DNA from: an uncultured Chloroflexia bacterium
GTDB taxonomy: Bacteria; Chloroflexota; Dormibacteria; Aeolococcales; Aeolococcaceae
DNA: 64,000 nt
Assembly (NCBI GenBank): GCA_963846365.1
Contig: CAWJVN010000007.1
Location: 848,025 to 912,024 of the forward strand
Direction: 5' to 3'
Shown here: in pieces, positions 38,085 to 50,785 of the stretch
Position numbering within the stretch: the first letter of the stretch is position 1
Layout of the letters: each line of letters begins with the position of its first letter
The notes under the pieces: model-generated
Seen by the model: the letters and a program-made list of their open reading frames with translations, nothing else
What the model was told of the DNA's origin: nothing
Databases searched by the model: none
Program-made: the position numbers and the translations under genes

Positions 38085-39296
38085 TCAGCGGGACGCCCCG
38101 CCGGCGCCGGCGGGGTCGCTCCCGCCGATGCCGAGCCGCCCGGCGACGGCGCCGGCGAGCCCGCCCTGCACCATCAGGGAGAGCACCACCACCCCATAGG
38201 CGATGGTGGGCACCTGGGGTGAGACCCGGGGGTTGCCGGTGAGCGAGAGCGCCAGCGCCACCGAGAGGGCACCGCGCAGCCCCGCCCAGAAGGCGAGGTG
38301 CCGCCACCGCCAGGGGATGCGCCGTGCCCGGGGATCGGCGAGCAGCAGCAGGCCGTACACCGGCAGCGCCCGGGTCACCACCATCAGCCCGAAGGCCGCC
38401 ACCACCATCCCGGCGGCCTCGAGGAGGCGGTGTGCGGGCAGGGCGGTGCCGATCAGCAGGAAGAGCACGGCGTTGAGCACGAAGGCGAGCACCGCCCAGA
38501 AGTCGGTGAGCTCCTCGCCGTGGAGGCGCAGCCGCCGGCCGGTGCCGGCGACGACGATGCCCACCGCGACGACGGCGATGATCCCGGAGAGCCTGAGGAG
38601 ATCGGCGGCGAGGTAGCCACCGTAGGCGAGCACCAGGGTGATCAGGATCTCGACCTGCGGCTCGGTGAAGGCGCGGAGCAGCGCCACTCCGAGGGCGCCC
38701 ACCACCAGGCCCACGGCGGCGCCTCCGGCGGTCTCGAGGGAGAAGCGGCCGAGCACGTCGCCCGCCGTGAAGACGCCGGAGCCGATCGAGACCAGGAGGG
38801 CGCTGAAGACGGCGACGCCGGTGCCGTCGTTGAGCAGGCTCTCGCCCTCGAGCAGGGCGGCGAGCCGCCCCGGGGCGTTCCCGCGGCGGAGGATCGACAC
38901 CACCGCGATCGGGTCGGTGGGGGCGAGCACGGCGCCGAGGAGCATGGCGTCGGTGAGGCGCAGCCCCAGCAGCAGGTGGGCGAGCCCGCCGATCACCGCG
39001 ACGTTGACGGCCACCCCGGCGCTGGCGAGCAGCCCCACCGGAACCAGCACCTGGCGCAGCGATCCGAGGTCGAGGGTCAGGCTGGCCTGGAACACCAGGC
39101 CGGGCACGAAGGCGAGCAGGATCAGGTCGGGGCCGATCACCTGCCGGGGCACCCCCGGGATCAGCCCGACGGCGATCCCCCCGGCGGCGAGCACCACCGC
39201 GTAGGGCACCCGGGCCCGGCTGGAGACCGCGCGCAGCAGCACCGCCGCGGCGCTGAGCCCGACGAGGAGGAGGAGAAAGCGCTGGGCCTGGCTCAT
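38085..39296 (-). CDS. Na+/H+ (cation:proton) antiporter, CPA1/NhaP type
   Basis: 403 aa, about 11 TM segments; LNDGTGVAVF motif; ATG at 39296, 6 nt after the symporter stop. Confidence 0.85.
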   Translation of the reverse strand: MSQAQRFLLLLVGLSAAAVLLRAVSSRARVPYAVVLAAGGIAVGLIPGVPRQVIGPDLILLAFVPGLVFQASLTLDLGSLRQVLVPVGLLASAGVAVNVAVIGGLAHLLLGLRLTDAMLLGAVLAPTDPIAVVSILRRGNAPGRLAALLEGESLLNDGTGVAVFSALLVSIGSGVFTAGDVLGRFSLETAGGAAVGLVVGALGVALLRAFTEPQVEILITLVLAYGGYLAADLLRLSGIIAVVAVGIVVAGTGRRLRLHGEELTDFWAVLAFVLNAVLFLLIGTALPAHRLLEAAGMVVAAFGLMVVTRALPVYGLLLLADPRARRIPWRWRHLAFWAGLRGALSVALALSLTGNPRVSPQVPTIAYGVVVLSLMVQGGLAGAVAGRLGIGGSDPAGAGGASR

Positions 39297-39301
39297 CCCG
39301 G

Positions 39302-41193
39302 CTAGTCGGGCACGTAGTCGCGGCGCAGGCCGAGGCGGTCGGGGGCGTGGAGCTGGAGCATCGTCGAGCCCACCTCGGGGGGCACCCGGCCGTCGAGCAG
39401 CGAGAGCCCGACCATCACCGAGAAGGCCAGCGGGATGGTGAGGATCGCGGGCTGGGCGAGGATCACCGCGAGCGCCGAGTGGGCGTCGAGCAGCCGCGCC
39501 AGCGGCGCGCTCACGAACGCGAGCATGGTGATCACGATTCCGGCGGTGGCGGCCAGCCCGCCCACCGTGGCCCCGGTCGCCGCGCCGAGCAGGGTCAGGC
39601 GGCGCCACCAGATCCCCAGCACCAGCAGGGGGAAGAAGGAGCTGGCGGCGATCGCGAACGCCCAGCCGACGAGGATGCTGATGTCGAAGTGCTCGACCGA
39701 GAGCCCGAGCACCGCGGCCACCGTCCCCGCCGCGAGGGCGCTGAGCTGGAAGGCGCGGCTGCGTGCCCCGGCGCTCGCCTCGGGGCGGAGCCAGCGTCCG
39801 TAGACGTCGTGGCCGAGGGCGCCGGCGAGCGAGACCAGCAGGCCGCTCAGCGTCGAGGCGAAGGCGGCGAAGGCGCCCGCGGCCACCACCGCGGCGAGCG
39901 CCTCGCCCAGCCACGGGGGGCCGAGCTGGCGGGGCAGGATGAGCACCACCGCGTCGGTCAGGTTGGTGGTGTACAGCTGGGCGGCGTGGAGCCGGCCGAC
40001 CACCCCGTAGAGCGGCGGCCAGATGTAGAAGAGGCTGACCAGCACGAGCACGTACCAGGCGGTGCGCCGCGCCGCCCGGGCGTCGGGGTTGGTGTAGAAG
40101 CGCACCAGGATGTGGGGCAGCCCCATGGTGCCGAAGACGATGCCGATGATCAGCGAGTAGGTGAACAGCAGCGGGTGGCCGCTGCCCCCGGCGAGCGGTC
40201 CGAAGGGGTGCAGCCAGGCGCTGCCGCTGCTCGGCGGGGTGTCGCTGCCGAACGGCGCCGGGGCGCCGGCGGCGAGGGTCACGCGGGCGGCCTGCTCCCA
40301 GCGCACCCGGCCGGCGGGCACCGTGCTCCGTCCCGCCAGGACCACCGGCCGGGGGGCTCGGCGGGCTGGGATGCGGTGGACAGGGGCACCCCCACGTAGG
40401 TGGTGCGCGCGGTGCCGCCGCGCTCGCCGGGGGGGAGCAGGGTGGCGGTGGCGTGGCCCTCGACGGTGAGGGTCAGCGGCCGGCTCAGCGACCAGAGCTC
40501 GCCGGCGTCCACCCGGAACGAGGTGGAGGTGGTGAGCCGGGGGACGGGCTCGGCGCCCGCCGCCCCCACCAGCCGTGCCGGGCTGCCGTAGTGGATCAGC
40601 AGCACGAACACCGGGACGCTGATCGCGAACAGCTTCACCGCGAACTGCATCGCCTGCACCAGGGTGATCCCGCGCATCCCGCCGGCGGCCACGATGCTCA
40701 CCACCACCACGGCGACGACCGCCACCCCGACGGGGTAGGGCACCCCCGCCGCGGTCGAGACGGTGATCCCCGCCGCCTTCATCTGGGGGAGGGTGTAGAA
40801 GAGGCCGATGAGGATGACCAGCCCCACCGCGAGGCGCCGGAAGCGGGGGCTTCCGAACCGCCCCTCGGCGAAGTCGGGGATGGTGTACGCGCCGAACCGC
40901 CGCAGCGGACCGGCGATGAACACCAGCAGCACCAGGTAGCCGGCGGCGTATCCCACCGGGTACCAGAGCACGTCGTAGCCGAACTGCATCACCAGCCCGG
41001 CGACGCCGAGGAAGGAGGCGGCGCTCAGGTACTCGCCGCTGATCGCGGCGGCGTTGAGCCGGGGGGGCACCGCGCGCGCCGCCACCAGGAAATCGGAGGT
41101 GGTGCGCGCGTAGCGGCGCGCGTAGGCGCCGACCCCCACGGTGAGCATGGCCATCAGCAGCAGACCGACGACGGCGCCGGCGGAGACGATCAC
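39302..41193 (-). pseudogene. actP: sodium:solute symporter (ActP/MctC-like cation/acetate symporter) with apparent frameshift
   Basis: N-terminal half in frame 40279..41193, C-terminal half (GLPHILVRFYTNPD SSS signature) in frame 39302..40345; the frames switch at the gccgagccccccggccgg C6 run near 40300. Confidence 0.6.
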
Positions 41194-41522
41194 TGCAGGA
41201 GGTCGGTGAAGTCGTCGTCGATGCCCTCGGCGCGGCGCACGTAGAGCAGTCCGAGCACCACCAGCAGGGGGTAGGTCAGCACCCCGAGCACCAGCCAGGG
41301 CAGGGGCAGGCCGAAGACGGTCGCGTCGCCGTACTGGGGCCAGATCACCGGCAGCACCGGCTGGATGCCGAGGCCGACGAGGAAGGCGACGGTGACGGCG
41401 AGGCTGAGCCGGAGCTGCCGGCGCATCAGCGCGGAGAGGAAGACGGCGCCGACCTGGGTCTGCTCGAGCAGGTCGCGCAGCCGCCTGCCGGCCCGCTCCG
41501 GATCGCGTCCGTGCTGGGCCAT
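41190..41522 (-). CDS. DUF485 (YjcH-like) small membrane protein preceding the symporter
   Basis: ATGA overlap with the symporter start; two TM helices; conserved yjcH-actP arrangement. Confidence 0.7.
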   Translation of the reverse strand: MAQHGRDPERAGRRLRDLLEQTQVGAVFLSALMRRQLRLSLAVTVAFLVGLGIQPVLPVIWPQYGDATVFGLPLPWLVLGVLTYPLLVVLGLLYVRRAEGIDDDFTDLLQ

Positions 41523-41527
41523 GCGGC

Positions 41528-42298
41528 TTAGAGGTGCACCGCCGCGCGCAGGTCGCTGGCGTGGCGGCGTGAGACGGGCACGGTGAGGCCGGGCACGTTG
41601 CGCAGCTTCAGGAGGTAGGTGCCGTTGAAGAAGGTCTCGATGGTGAGCACATGCCGCAGGTTGACGAGGTAGGCGCGGTGGACGCGCAGGAAGCCGCGGC
41701 CGTGGAGGCGGTGCTCCAGCTCCGCCAGGGTGTGCCGGGCCTGGAAGCGCCCCTCGTGGGTGTGCACGATGACCCGCTCGCCGGCGACCAGGGCGACCCG
41801 GATGTCGGCGACGTTCACGAGCACGATGCGGCCGCCGGCGAGCACCGGCAGGCGATCGCCCATGGCGTCCTCGTCGTCGGGGGGCCCGGCCGCGCCGCCG
41901 GCGCCCTCGAGGCCGCGCCGGGTCTCGACCAGGCGCTTCACCGTCGCCCGCAGCCGCTCCCGCCGCACCGGCTTGAGCAGGTAGTCGACCGCGGCCAGGC
42001 CGAAGGCCTCGACCGCGTAGCTGTCGAAGGCGGTGACGAAGACCAGCATCGGCGGCCGGGCGAGCAGGCGCACGATCCGCCCCACCTCCAGGCCGTCGAG
42101 GCCGGGCATGCGGACGTCGAGGAAGACGGCGTCGACGTCGGCGCTCTTCAGCAGGCGCAGGCACTCGGTGCCCTCGGCGGCCTGGAGCACCTCGGCCACG
42201 TCGTCGAGGTTGCCCAGCTGGAAGGCGAGCTCGTCGCGGGCCGGCCGCTCGTCGTCGACGACCAGCACCCGCAGCCCGGCCTCGGCACCGGCGGTCAC
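41528..42298 (-). CDS. LytR/AlgR-family (LytTR DNA-binding) response regulator
   Basis: REC domain (LRVLVVDDE...FLDVRMPGLDG) plus LytTR C-terminus; GTGA overlap with the kinase. Confidence 0.85.
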   Translation of the reverse strand: MTAGAEAGLRVLVVDDERPARDELAFQLGNLDDVAEVLQAAEGTECLRLLKSADVDAVFLDVRMPGLDGLEVGRIVRLLARPPMLVFVTAFDSYAVEAFGLAAVDYLLKPVRRERLRATVKRLVETRRGLEGAGGAAGPPDDEDAMGDRLPVLAGGRIVLVNVADIRVALVAGERVIVHTHEGRFQARHTLAELEHRLHGRGFLRVHRAYLVNLRHVLTIETFFNGTYLLKLRNVPGLTVPVSRRHASDLRAAVHL

Positions 42299-43491
42299 GA
42301 GACCCGCACCCCGGGGCGGTACTTGGGGATGCGCATCCGCACCGAGGTCCCGGTGCCCGGCGTCGAGTCGATGTTCAGCCCGTGGGTCGGCCCGAAGGTC
42401 TCGCGCAGCCGCCGGTCGATGTTGGCGAGGGCGCCGCCCCCCTCGCCCCCGACCACGCCGGCGGCGTCGAAGCCGCGGCCGTTGTCGCGCACCATGATCC
42501 AGCACTCGTCGTCGCGGTCCTCGGCGATGATGCTGACGGTGCCGCGACCGGTGCTCGACTCCATGCCGTGCTTCACCGCGTTCTCCACCAGCGGCTGGAC
42601 CACGAGGGTGGGGACGATGGCGTTGAGCACCTCGGGCTCGACCTTGTAGCGCACCGTCAGCCGCTCGCCGAAGCGCGCCTGCTCGAAGAGCAGGTACTGG
42701 TGGACGTAGACGAGCTCGTCGGCGAGCGACGCGAACTCGTCCTGGGGGCCGCGGAAGGCCTGGCGGGTGAAGTCCGCGAAGAGGGTGAGCAGCTCGCGGG
42801 CGCGGTCGGGGTCGGTGCGGATGAACGAGGCGATCGTGGTCAGCGTGTTGTAGATGAAATGCGGGGAGATCTGGGCGCGCAGGGCGCGCAGCTCGGAGCG
42901 CACCAGGGCCACCCGCTGCTGGTCGGCCTGCTGGAGGCGCAGCTGGGTGGCGAGCAGCTCGGCGAGGTCGGAGGTGATCTGCAGCGCCGTCGGACCCGGG
43001 GTCTGGGGGTGGTACGAGACCAGCGCGGCGACGGGGCGGTCGTTGACCAGCAGCGGCGCCACCGCGGCGGCGCGCAGCCCGCAGCCGGCGGTGGGCTCGT
43101 CGTGGAGGGGGAGGAGCCGCAGCCGGCCGGTGCCCAGCGCCTCCAGCACCCCGGCGGCGTCGCCCTCGAGGTGGAGGCGATGCCCACCCGCCGCCCCCGC
43201 GGGGCCGGGCTCGTAGGCGAGCAGGCCCCCGATGTCGTAGATCGCCACCGCCGCCCCCGCCTGCTCGGCGACCTCGGGCAGCACCTCGGCGGCACTCCGG
43301 GCGGTGAGGCCGCGGCGCAGCGCCCCCATCGTGGAGGTGGCCAGGGCCAGGGTGCGCAGGGTGGCCCGGTCCTCGGCGCTGCCGAAGCTGCGCCGCTGCC
43401 GGCTCACCAGCAGGTAGACGGCGAACGCCGCCACCGCGGTGAGCAGGATCTGGACCAGCAGACCTGCGAGGACCCCCATGGCCCCGATCAT
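42295..43491 (-). CDS. LytS/YehU-type sensor histidine kinase (His_kinase 5TM-less, PF06580-like)
   Basis: [11 protein letters not shown]-box, HATPase_c; GAF-like middle region. Confidence 0.85.
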   Translation of the reverse strand: MIGAMGVLAGLLVQILLTAVAAFAVYLLVSRQRRSFGSAEDRATLRTLALATSTMGALRRGLTARSAAEVLPEVAEQAGAAVAIYDIGGLLAYEPGPAGAAGGHRLHLEGDAAGVLEALGTGRLRLLPLHDEPTAGCGLRAAAVAPLLVNDRPVAALVSYHPQTPGPTALQITSDLAELLATQLRLQQADQQRVALVRSELRALRAQISPHFIYNTLTTIASFIRTDPDRARELLTLFADFTRQAFRGPQDEFASLADELVYVHQYLLFEQARFGERLTVRYKVEPEVLNAIVPTLVVQPLVENAVKHGMESSTGRGTVSIIAEDRDDECWIMVRDNGRGFDAAGVVGGEGGGALANIDRRLRETFGPTHGLNIDSTPGTGTSVRMRIPKYRPGVRVS

Positions 43492-43678
43492 CGTGACCCG
43501 GCCGGCGAGGCGCAAGCCGCGCCGCCGCTCGGCGGCCGGTGGCGACCGTTCAGCCGCGACTTCCGACCGCTCACCGGAAGCGGGTTTCCGAACCGGTGCC
43601 CCGGTGCGTACGGTCCCACTCTGGCCGAATGGGGGGCTCCCGAAGATTCGAGCCGGACGAGTGTGGAGGAATGACGTA

Positions 43679-45643
<1,965 letters not shown>

Positions 45644-45702
45644 GGCATCCCCGGTCCATCGAACCACCACGCATCCACTCGTCAGAGAGGAGACACGGAC
45701 AC

Positions 45703-46389
45703 ATGGCAACCATGGAGACCAGCCGCCCCCTCAGCGGGGCGGCGACCGGCGTCTCGGCGCCGGCGGTCGAGATCGCCGACCCGGCGCCACTCGGACTCGC
45801 CGCCTTCGCCCTCACCACGATGGTGCTCTCGGCGATCAACGCGGGCTGGATCGGCGCCATCAACGAGCCGGTCGTGCTCGGCCTCGCCATCGCCTACGGC
45901 GGCACCGCCCAGCTGCTCGCCGGGATGTGGGCGTTCCGCAGGGGCAACACCTTCGCGGCCACCGCGTTCAGCAGCTACGGAGCCTTCTGGCTGAGCTTCT
46001 GGCTCATCGTCCAGTTCTACGCTCCCATGGTCAAGACCGCCACCGCCACCGCCCTCGGGGCCGGAGCCACCTCGGCGCAGATCGCCGCCGCGACCGCCGA
46101 CCACCTCAACACCATCCTCGGGCTCTACCTGTTCATGTGGGGCGTGTTCACCGCCTACATGCTGATCGCCTCCCTGGCCGGGGCGAAGGCGGTCCAGGTG
46201 GTGTTCTTCCTGCTCACGCTGACGTTCTTCGCTCTCGCCCTCGGCAAGTGGAACGCCAGCGACACCTGGACTCATCTCGGCGGCTTCCTGGGCATCCTCA
46301 CCGCCTGCGCCGCCTTCTACACCTCCTTCGCCGACGTGGTCAACGCGACCTTCAAGCGCACCGTCCTGCCGACGGGTGCGCCCGGCTGA
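45703..46389 (+). CDS. satP: GPR1/FUN34/YaaH (SatP) acetate/succinate channel
   Basis: ADPAPLGLAAFALTTMVLS family signature; AGAGAGGAGA SD. Confidence 0.85.
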   Translation: MATMETSRPLSGAATGVSAPAVEIADPAPLGLAAFALTTMVLSAINAGWIGAINEPVVLGLAIAYGGTAQLLAGMWAFRRGNTFAATAFSSYGAFWLSFWLIVQFYAPMVKTATATALGAGATSAQIAAATADHLNTILGLYLFMWGVFTAYMLIASLAGAKAVQVVFFLLTLTFFALALGKWNASDTWTHLGGFLGILTACAAFYTSFADVVNATFKRTVLPTGAPG

Positions 46390-46413
46390 CCGACACGGTC
46401 GGGAGCTCTTCGG

Positions 46414-46449
46414 GAGCCGGTCCCCACGGGGGCCGGCTCTCTCCTTTCA
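46414..46449 (+). terminator. intrinsic terminator after satP
   Basis: gagccggtccccacgggggccggctc hairpin followed by tctcctttc. Confidence 0.5.
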
Positions 46450-46464
46450 GCTAGCATCGCCGGC

Positions 46465-47682
46465 GTGACCGAAGCCGGCGCAGGACCGCTCGACGGCGTG
46501 CGGGTGCTCGACTTCTCGCTGGTGATGTCCGGTCCGCACTGCACCCGGATGCTCGTCGACCTCGGCGCCGACGTCATCAAGGTCGAGCCGCCCGACGGCG
46601 ACCTCACCCGCTTCTTCCGGCCGCGCGCGGGGTCGATCGCGCTGTACCACGCACAGCAGAACTGCGGCAAGCGCAACCTCTCCGTCGACCTCCGCCGTCC
46701 CGAGGCGGTCGACCTGATGCTCCGCCTCGCCGAGCGTGTCGACGTCGTCGTCGAGAACTTCCGCCCCGGGGTGATGGACCGGCTCGGCCTCGGCTACGCG
46801 GCGGTGAGCGCGTGCAACCCGGGTGCCGTGTACGCCTCCATCTCCGGCTTCGGGCAGCAGGGGGCGAGCGCGCACCGCCGCGCCTACGCCGACACCATCC
46901 ACGCGGAGATGGGGATGACGGAGATGCTCGGCCGCCGGCACCGCGATCCCGACACCCCGTTCAGCCATGCCGACACCTACACCGGGCTCGAGTGCCTCGC
47001 CGGCATCCTCGCCGCCCTGGTGCAGCGGGGGCGAACCGGCCGCGGCCAGCACGTCGACGTGGCGATGGCGGAGACCCTGCTGGTCGTCAACGAGTGGGCC
47101 GCGCGCGAGCTCTCCGGCGCCCCCGAGGACCCGTACTCGCCCGCCGGTGGGGCGGTCACGCCGACGCTGACCACCGGCGACGGGCGGCGGGTGGTGGTCA
47201 CCGGCAATCCCGTCACCCGGGGCGTGTTCGAATCGTGGTGCACGGTGATCGGCCGCCCCGACCTGCGCGACGACCCCCGCTTCGCGACCGACCCCGCCCG
47301 CCTCGAGAACCGCGACCAGCTGCTCGCGCTGCTCCAGGACTGGGCCGTCCGGCTGGAGAGCGTCGAGGCGTTGGAGGCGGCGGTGGCCCCGCACCGCCTG
47401 GCGACCGGGGTGGTGCGCAGCGTCGAGGAGGCGGGCGCCGGCGAGTGGGCGCGCGAGCGCGGCGCGGTGGTCGAGGTCGACGACCGCGCCGGCGGGCGGC
47501 TGCGGCTGCCCAACTCGCCGTGGCGCTTCTCCGGCGCCACCACCGGGGTGCGCGGCGTGCCCGCGTTCCGCGGCGAGCACAACCGCGAGGTGCTCGAGGA
47601 GCTCCTCGGGCTCGGCGCCGCCGAGGTGGAGGCGCTGGAGGCCGCCGGGGTGCTGAGCCGGCGGCCGCCGCGGGCGGGCTGA
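46465..47682 (+). CDS. family III CoA-transferase (CaiB/BaiF)
   Basis: VRVLDFSLVMSGPHCTRMLVDLGADVIKVE signature. Confidence 0.85.
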   Translation: MTEAGAGPLDGVRVLDFSLVMSGPHCTRMLVDLGADVIKVEPPDGDLTRFFRPRAGSIALYHAQQNCGKRNLSVDLRRPEAVDLMLRLAERVDVVVENFRPGVMDRLGLGYAAVSACNPGAVYASISGFGQQGASAHRRAYADTIHAEMGMTEMLGRRHRDPDTPFSHADTYTGLECLAGILAALVQRGRTGRGQHVDVAMAETLLVVNEWAARELSGAPEDPYSPAGGAVTPTLTTGDGRRVVVTGNPVTRGVFESWCTVIGRPDLRDDPRFATDPARLENRDQLLALLQDWAVRLESVEALEAAVAPHRLATGVVRSVEEAGAGEWARERGAVVEVDDRAGGRLRLPNSPWRFSGATTGVRGVPAFRGEHNREVLEELLGLGAAEVEALEAAGVLSRRPPRAG

Positions 47683-47762
47683 CCCTGTCGCCGCCGTCGA
47701 GGCGGCGTGAAGAGGCGGTCACAGGCCGGTCGCCGGGCGCGCGATGACCCTCCGGTCATCCC

Positions 47763-48110
47763 ATGGTGTGCGCCGTGGACCCCCAGCACTACGCCGAGGT
47801 GGACGTGACCCGCGAGGACCAGCCGCTGCGCGGCTGGAGGGTGCGCTGCGCATGCAGCTGGACCGGGCTGTGGCGGGAGAGCCTGGGCGACGCCGTCGCC
47901 GAGTACGACGACCACCTCGCCGAGTACGGCATCTTCGTCTTCGACGGCGCCTGGTGGCTGCGGCTGCCGCACATGGTCCCCGGGGACGAGATCCTCGCCG
48001 ACCCGGTGGCGATGAGCACCGCCTGCCGCATCTGGGCGGTCGAGGCGGCGGCGGAGCTGGATCGCGTCTGCCGCTGGGTGCGGGCGCCGGGGGCGGAACC
48101 GGGGCGCTGA
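47763..48110 (+). CDS. hypothetical protein (115 aa)
   Basis: Strong GC3 codon bias; no recognisable domain. Confidence 0.45.
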   Translation: MVCAVDPQHYAEVDVTREDQPLRGWRVRCACSWTGLWRESLGDAVAEYDDHLAEYGIFVFDGAWWLRLPHMVPGDEILADPVAMSTACRIWAVEAAAELDRVCRWVRAPGAEPGR

Positions 48111-48114
48111 GCGC

Positions 48115-48483
48115 TCAGGCCTCCTCGGGCTCGCCGGGCGGCCCCCATCGGTGCGCCCACGCTGCCACCGCCGTGACCACCGCCTCGAGCTCGTGACCGG
48201 CGTCGCTGAGCGCGTACTCAACCCCCACCGGCGGCCCGGGGATGACCCGCCGCACCACCAGCCCCTCGGCCTCGAGCTCGCGCAGGCGCTGCGACAGCAG
48301 CCGCTCGGAGAGACCGGGCACCGCGGACGCGATCTCGCTGAAGCGGCGCGGGCCCTGGAGCAGCACCCGCACGATCGCCCCGGTCCACCGCCGGCCGATG
48401 AGCTCGACGGCGTGGTGGTAGCGGGGGCAGAAGGCACGGCTCTGCACGTCCGCGCCCGCCTCCCAGCGCGATGTTCCGGCCAT
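48115..48483 (-). CDS. HxlR-family transcriptional regulator
   Basis: CPRYHHAVELIGRRWTGAIVRVLLQGPRRFSEI wHTH. Confidence 0.85.
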   Translation of the reverse strand: MAGTSRWEAGADVQSRAFCPRYHHAVELIGRRWTGAIVRVLLQGPRRFSEIASAVPGLSERLLSQRLRELEAEGLVVRRVIPGPPVGVEYALSDAGHELEAVVTAVAAWAHRWGPPGEPEEA

Positions 48484-48578
48484 GGTGGGAGTATGCCCTC
48501 TGGCTAAGGGTTTGGAAACAACTTACGAATGGTACGTTGCACTCCGTAGGATCAGCCTCCACGACGGGGTGAGTACAC

Positions 48579-49094
48579 ATGGACGCGGCACTCTTGATGC
48601 TGCGGCTGGCGCTGGGCCTGGCGATGGCCGGTCACGGCGCCCAGAAGATGCTCGGATGGTTCGGGGGACCGGGGATGGCCGGGACCACCGGGTTCATGCG
48701 CGGCCTCCGCTTCCGGCCCGCCGGCGCGTGGGCGCTGGGCGCAGTCGTCACCGAGGTCGGCGGCGGGCTGCTGCTCGCGGCCGGGCTGCTCAATCCGCTG
48801 GGCGCGCTCGCGATCGGCGCCGTCATGCTGGTGGCCACCTTCGCGGCCCACTGGGGGAAGGGGTTCTTCGGCCAGCGCGGCGGCTTCGAGGTGCCGTTCC
48901 TGTACCTCGCGGGCAGCGCCGCCGTGGCGGTGGCCGGCCCCGGCCGCTACTCGCTCGACTCGCTGTTCGGCATCGCTCTGCCCGAGCCGGTGACCGGGAT
49001 CGCCGGCGCGGTGCTGGTGGTGCTCGGCGTCGCCGCCGCGTTCGCCTCGCGGCCGCGTGCCGCCTCCCAGTCCGTGCCTCAGGCGGCGGCCTGA
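48579..49094 (+). CDS. DoxX-family membrane protein
   Basis: LGLAMAGHGAQKMLGWFGGPG; divergent from hxlR. Confidence 0.8.
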   Translation: MDAALLMLRLALGLAMAGHGAQKMLGWFGGPGMAGTTGFMRGLRFRPAGAWALGAVVTEVGGGLLLAAGLLNPLGALAIGAVMLVATFAAHWGKGFFGQRGGFEVPFLYLAGSAAVAVAGPGRYSLDSLFGIALPEPVTGIAGAVLVVLGVAAAFASRPRAASQSVPQAAA

Positions 49095-49152
49095 TCGAAC
49101 CGCGCCGGCCGGAGCCGGGCCCCCGCGAGCCGGGGACCCGGCCCGCAGGCGC

Positions 49153-49710
49153 CTACTGCAGGGCGATCAGCCAGAGATCGTCCTGGGTGAGCTCGTTGGG
49201 GAAGTTCTTCACGTCGTTGGCGCCGCTGATGATGATCGTGCCCTGGCGCCCGGCGTAGGCGCCGGTGGCGCTCTGGAAGGTGTTCCCGGTCGCCCGCGCG
49301 CCATTGATGATGAACCCCGGCTTCTGCGCGTCGGGGGCGATGCTCACCTGGGCGTGGTTGACGATGGTTCCGAGCGGGAACGCGCCCTGGGTGAAGCGGA
49401 AGGTGGTGATGGCGTCGATGACCGCGCACGGCGGCGGGGTCGACTGCGAGCAGGAGACGTCGTCGGTGGCGTTGCCGACCAGCGAGCCGTCGACCAGCGA
49501 GTAGAGCGGGAAGGTGAACCTCTGCCGCATCGGGTCGGTCGAGTCGTTCCTCGCCGTGCCCATGGTGCGCACCGGGATGTACTGCGAGGCGGTGGTGGCC
49601 GGGGCCGCGCCCGAGCCGTGGTCGGCGCGCTGCGCCGATGCGATCGGCGAGAAGGAGACGCCCAGTGCCGCGGTCACCAGGGCGACGGGGATGAGGCGAC
49701 GCAGGTCCAT
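49153..49710 (-). CDS. secreted protein of unknown function (185 aa)
   Basis: Signal peptide MDLRRLIPVALVTAALGVSFSPIASAQ; internal ATG. Confidence 0.5.
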   Translation of the reverse strand: MDLRRLIPVALVTAALGVSFSPIASAQRADHGSGAAPATTASQYIPVRTMGTARNDSTDPMRQRFTFPLYSLVDGSLVGNATDDVSCSQSTPPPCAVIDAITTFRFTQGAFPLGTIVNHAQVSIAPDAQKPGFIINGARATGNTFQSATGAYAGRQGTIIISGANDVKNFPNELTQDDLWLIALQ

Positions 49711-49858
49711 GTGTGTTCCTCGGGATCGGCTCTGATCCATCTTCCTGGCGCGACGCCCGTCTGACCCGCCCGGTGGGGCCCTCACAGCCCGCTTCTGACT
49801 CTTCACCGTCGCTGCGTCGCTTCACGTCATCGTAGATGGTCGAAGTCACCACACGGCT

Positions 49859-50332
49859 GTGGCGCTGCGCGGCGCCCGTACCGATGTTCGCACCACCCTC
49901 CGCGCCGCTACAATGGCCGCGGATCACCGCACCAGCCTCGACGTCGTCCGCATCGGTGACCCACACAGGGGCGGGGTGTCAAACACGATCGCGCTCGGCG
50001 GCCGCAGCCCGGTCGCCGACCTGGTTCTCGATCACCACCGGGCGAACTTCCGGCCCCGGGTGGCGGTCGTCGCCCCGCCGGTGCCGGTCCTGCCCGCAGT
50101 CCCGCCGCGGGCGTCCCCGGCGAAGCCGATGACCGCGGCGATCACCCCCGGCGCAGGTGCCGCGGTTCGCCAGGTGCTGCTGATCCGGTTCATCGCCTGC
50201 GCGGTGCTCTGGGCCGTGGTGGGCGCGGTGTACGGGTTCTGGGAGCTGGGGAACGCGCTGGTGCCGACCGACCGGCACGGCGAGGTCACCTGCGTGGTGC
50301 CGCGAGGCGTGGGCAGCATCCCCGGTTGCTGA
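49859..50332 (+). CDS. hypothetical protein with C-terminal TM helix
   Basis: Codon bias consistent with coding; start uncertain (GTG 49859 or ATG 49913). Confidence 0.3.
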   Translation: MALRGARTDVRTTLRAATMAADHRTSLDVVRIGDPHRGGVSNTIALGGRSPVADLVLDHHRANFRPRVAVVAPPVPVLPAVPPRASPAKPMTAAITPGAGAAVRQVLLIRFIACAVLWAVVGAVYGFWELGNALVPTDRHGEVTCVVPRGVGSIPGC

Positions 50333-50431
50333 GTTGCCCCTTCGGATCACCGGTGCGGCCGATGCCCGCTGTTAGACTCCGGTGAACAGAAAGGGGTGCT
50401 CGCCCCCCTTGGGAATTTCGGAGGTGGTTCG

Positions 50432-50785
50432 ATGCGCCGAGGCGCTCGCTGTCTCATCGGCCCCGCGGCGACCCTGGCCCTCTCCGCCGGACCGCCGGCG
50501 CTTTCGGTGCTCACCGCCCACGCGGCGGCCGCCGACTGCACCGCGGGCGAGGTGTGCGTCTGGCCGTCGGCCAATTTCACCGGGACGGTGACCGTGCTGC
50601 TCGACCAGGTCTGCCACGACGGCACCGTGGGCTCGGCGCTCGACGGCGACTCCGACCCGATGCAGGAGCTGCGCGTCTACCCCCAGGCCGGCTGCGCGGG
50701 AACTCCCACGGTGGTGAAGCCGGGTGCCCAGGCGCCCAGCGTGTCCGGTCAGAGCTACGTCAACTGGCACGCCCCCGGAGCGTAG
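50432..50785 (+). CDS. secreted peptidase-inhibitor-I36 / beta-gamma-crystallin-like small protein
   Basis: GGAGGTGG SD; signal peptide; DCTAGEVCVWPSANFTG...SGQSYVNW. Confidence 0.55.
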   Translation: MRRGARCLIGPAATLALSAGPPALSVLTAHAAAADCTAGEVCVWPSANFTGTVTVLLDQVCHDGTVGSALDGDSDPMQELRVYPQAGCAGTPTVVKPGAQAPSVSGQSYVNWHAPGA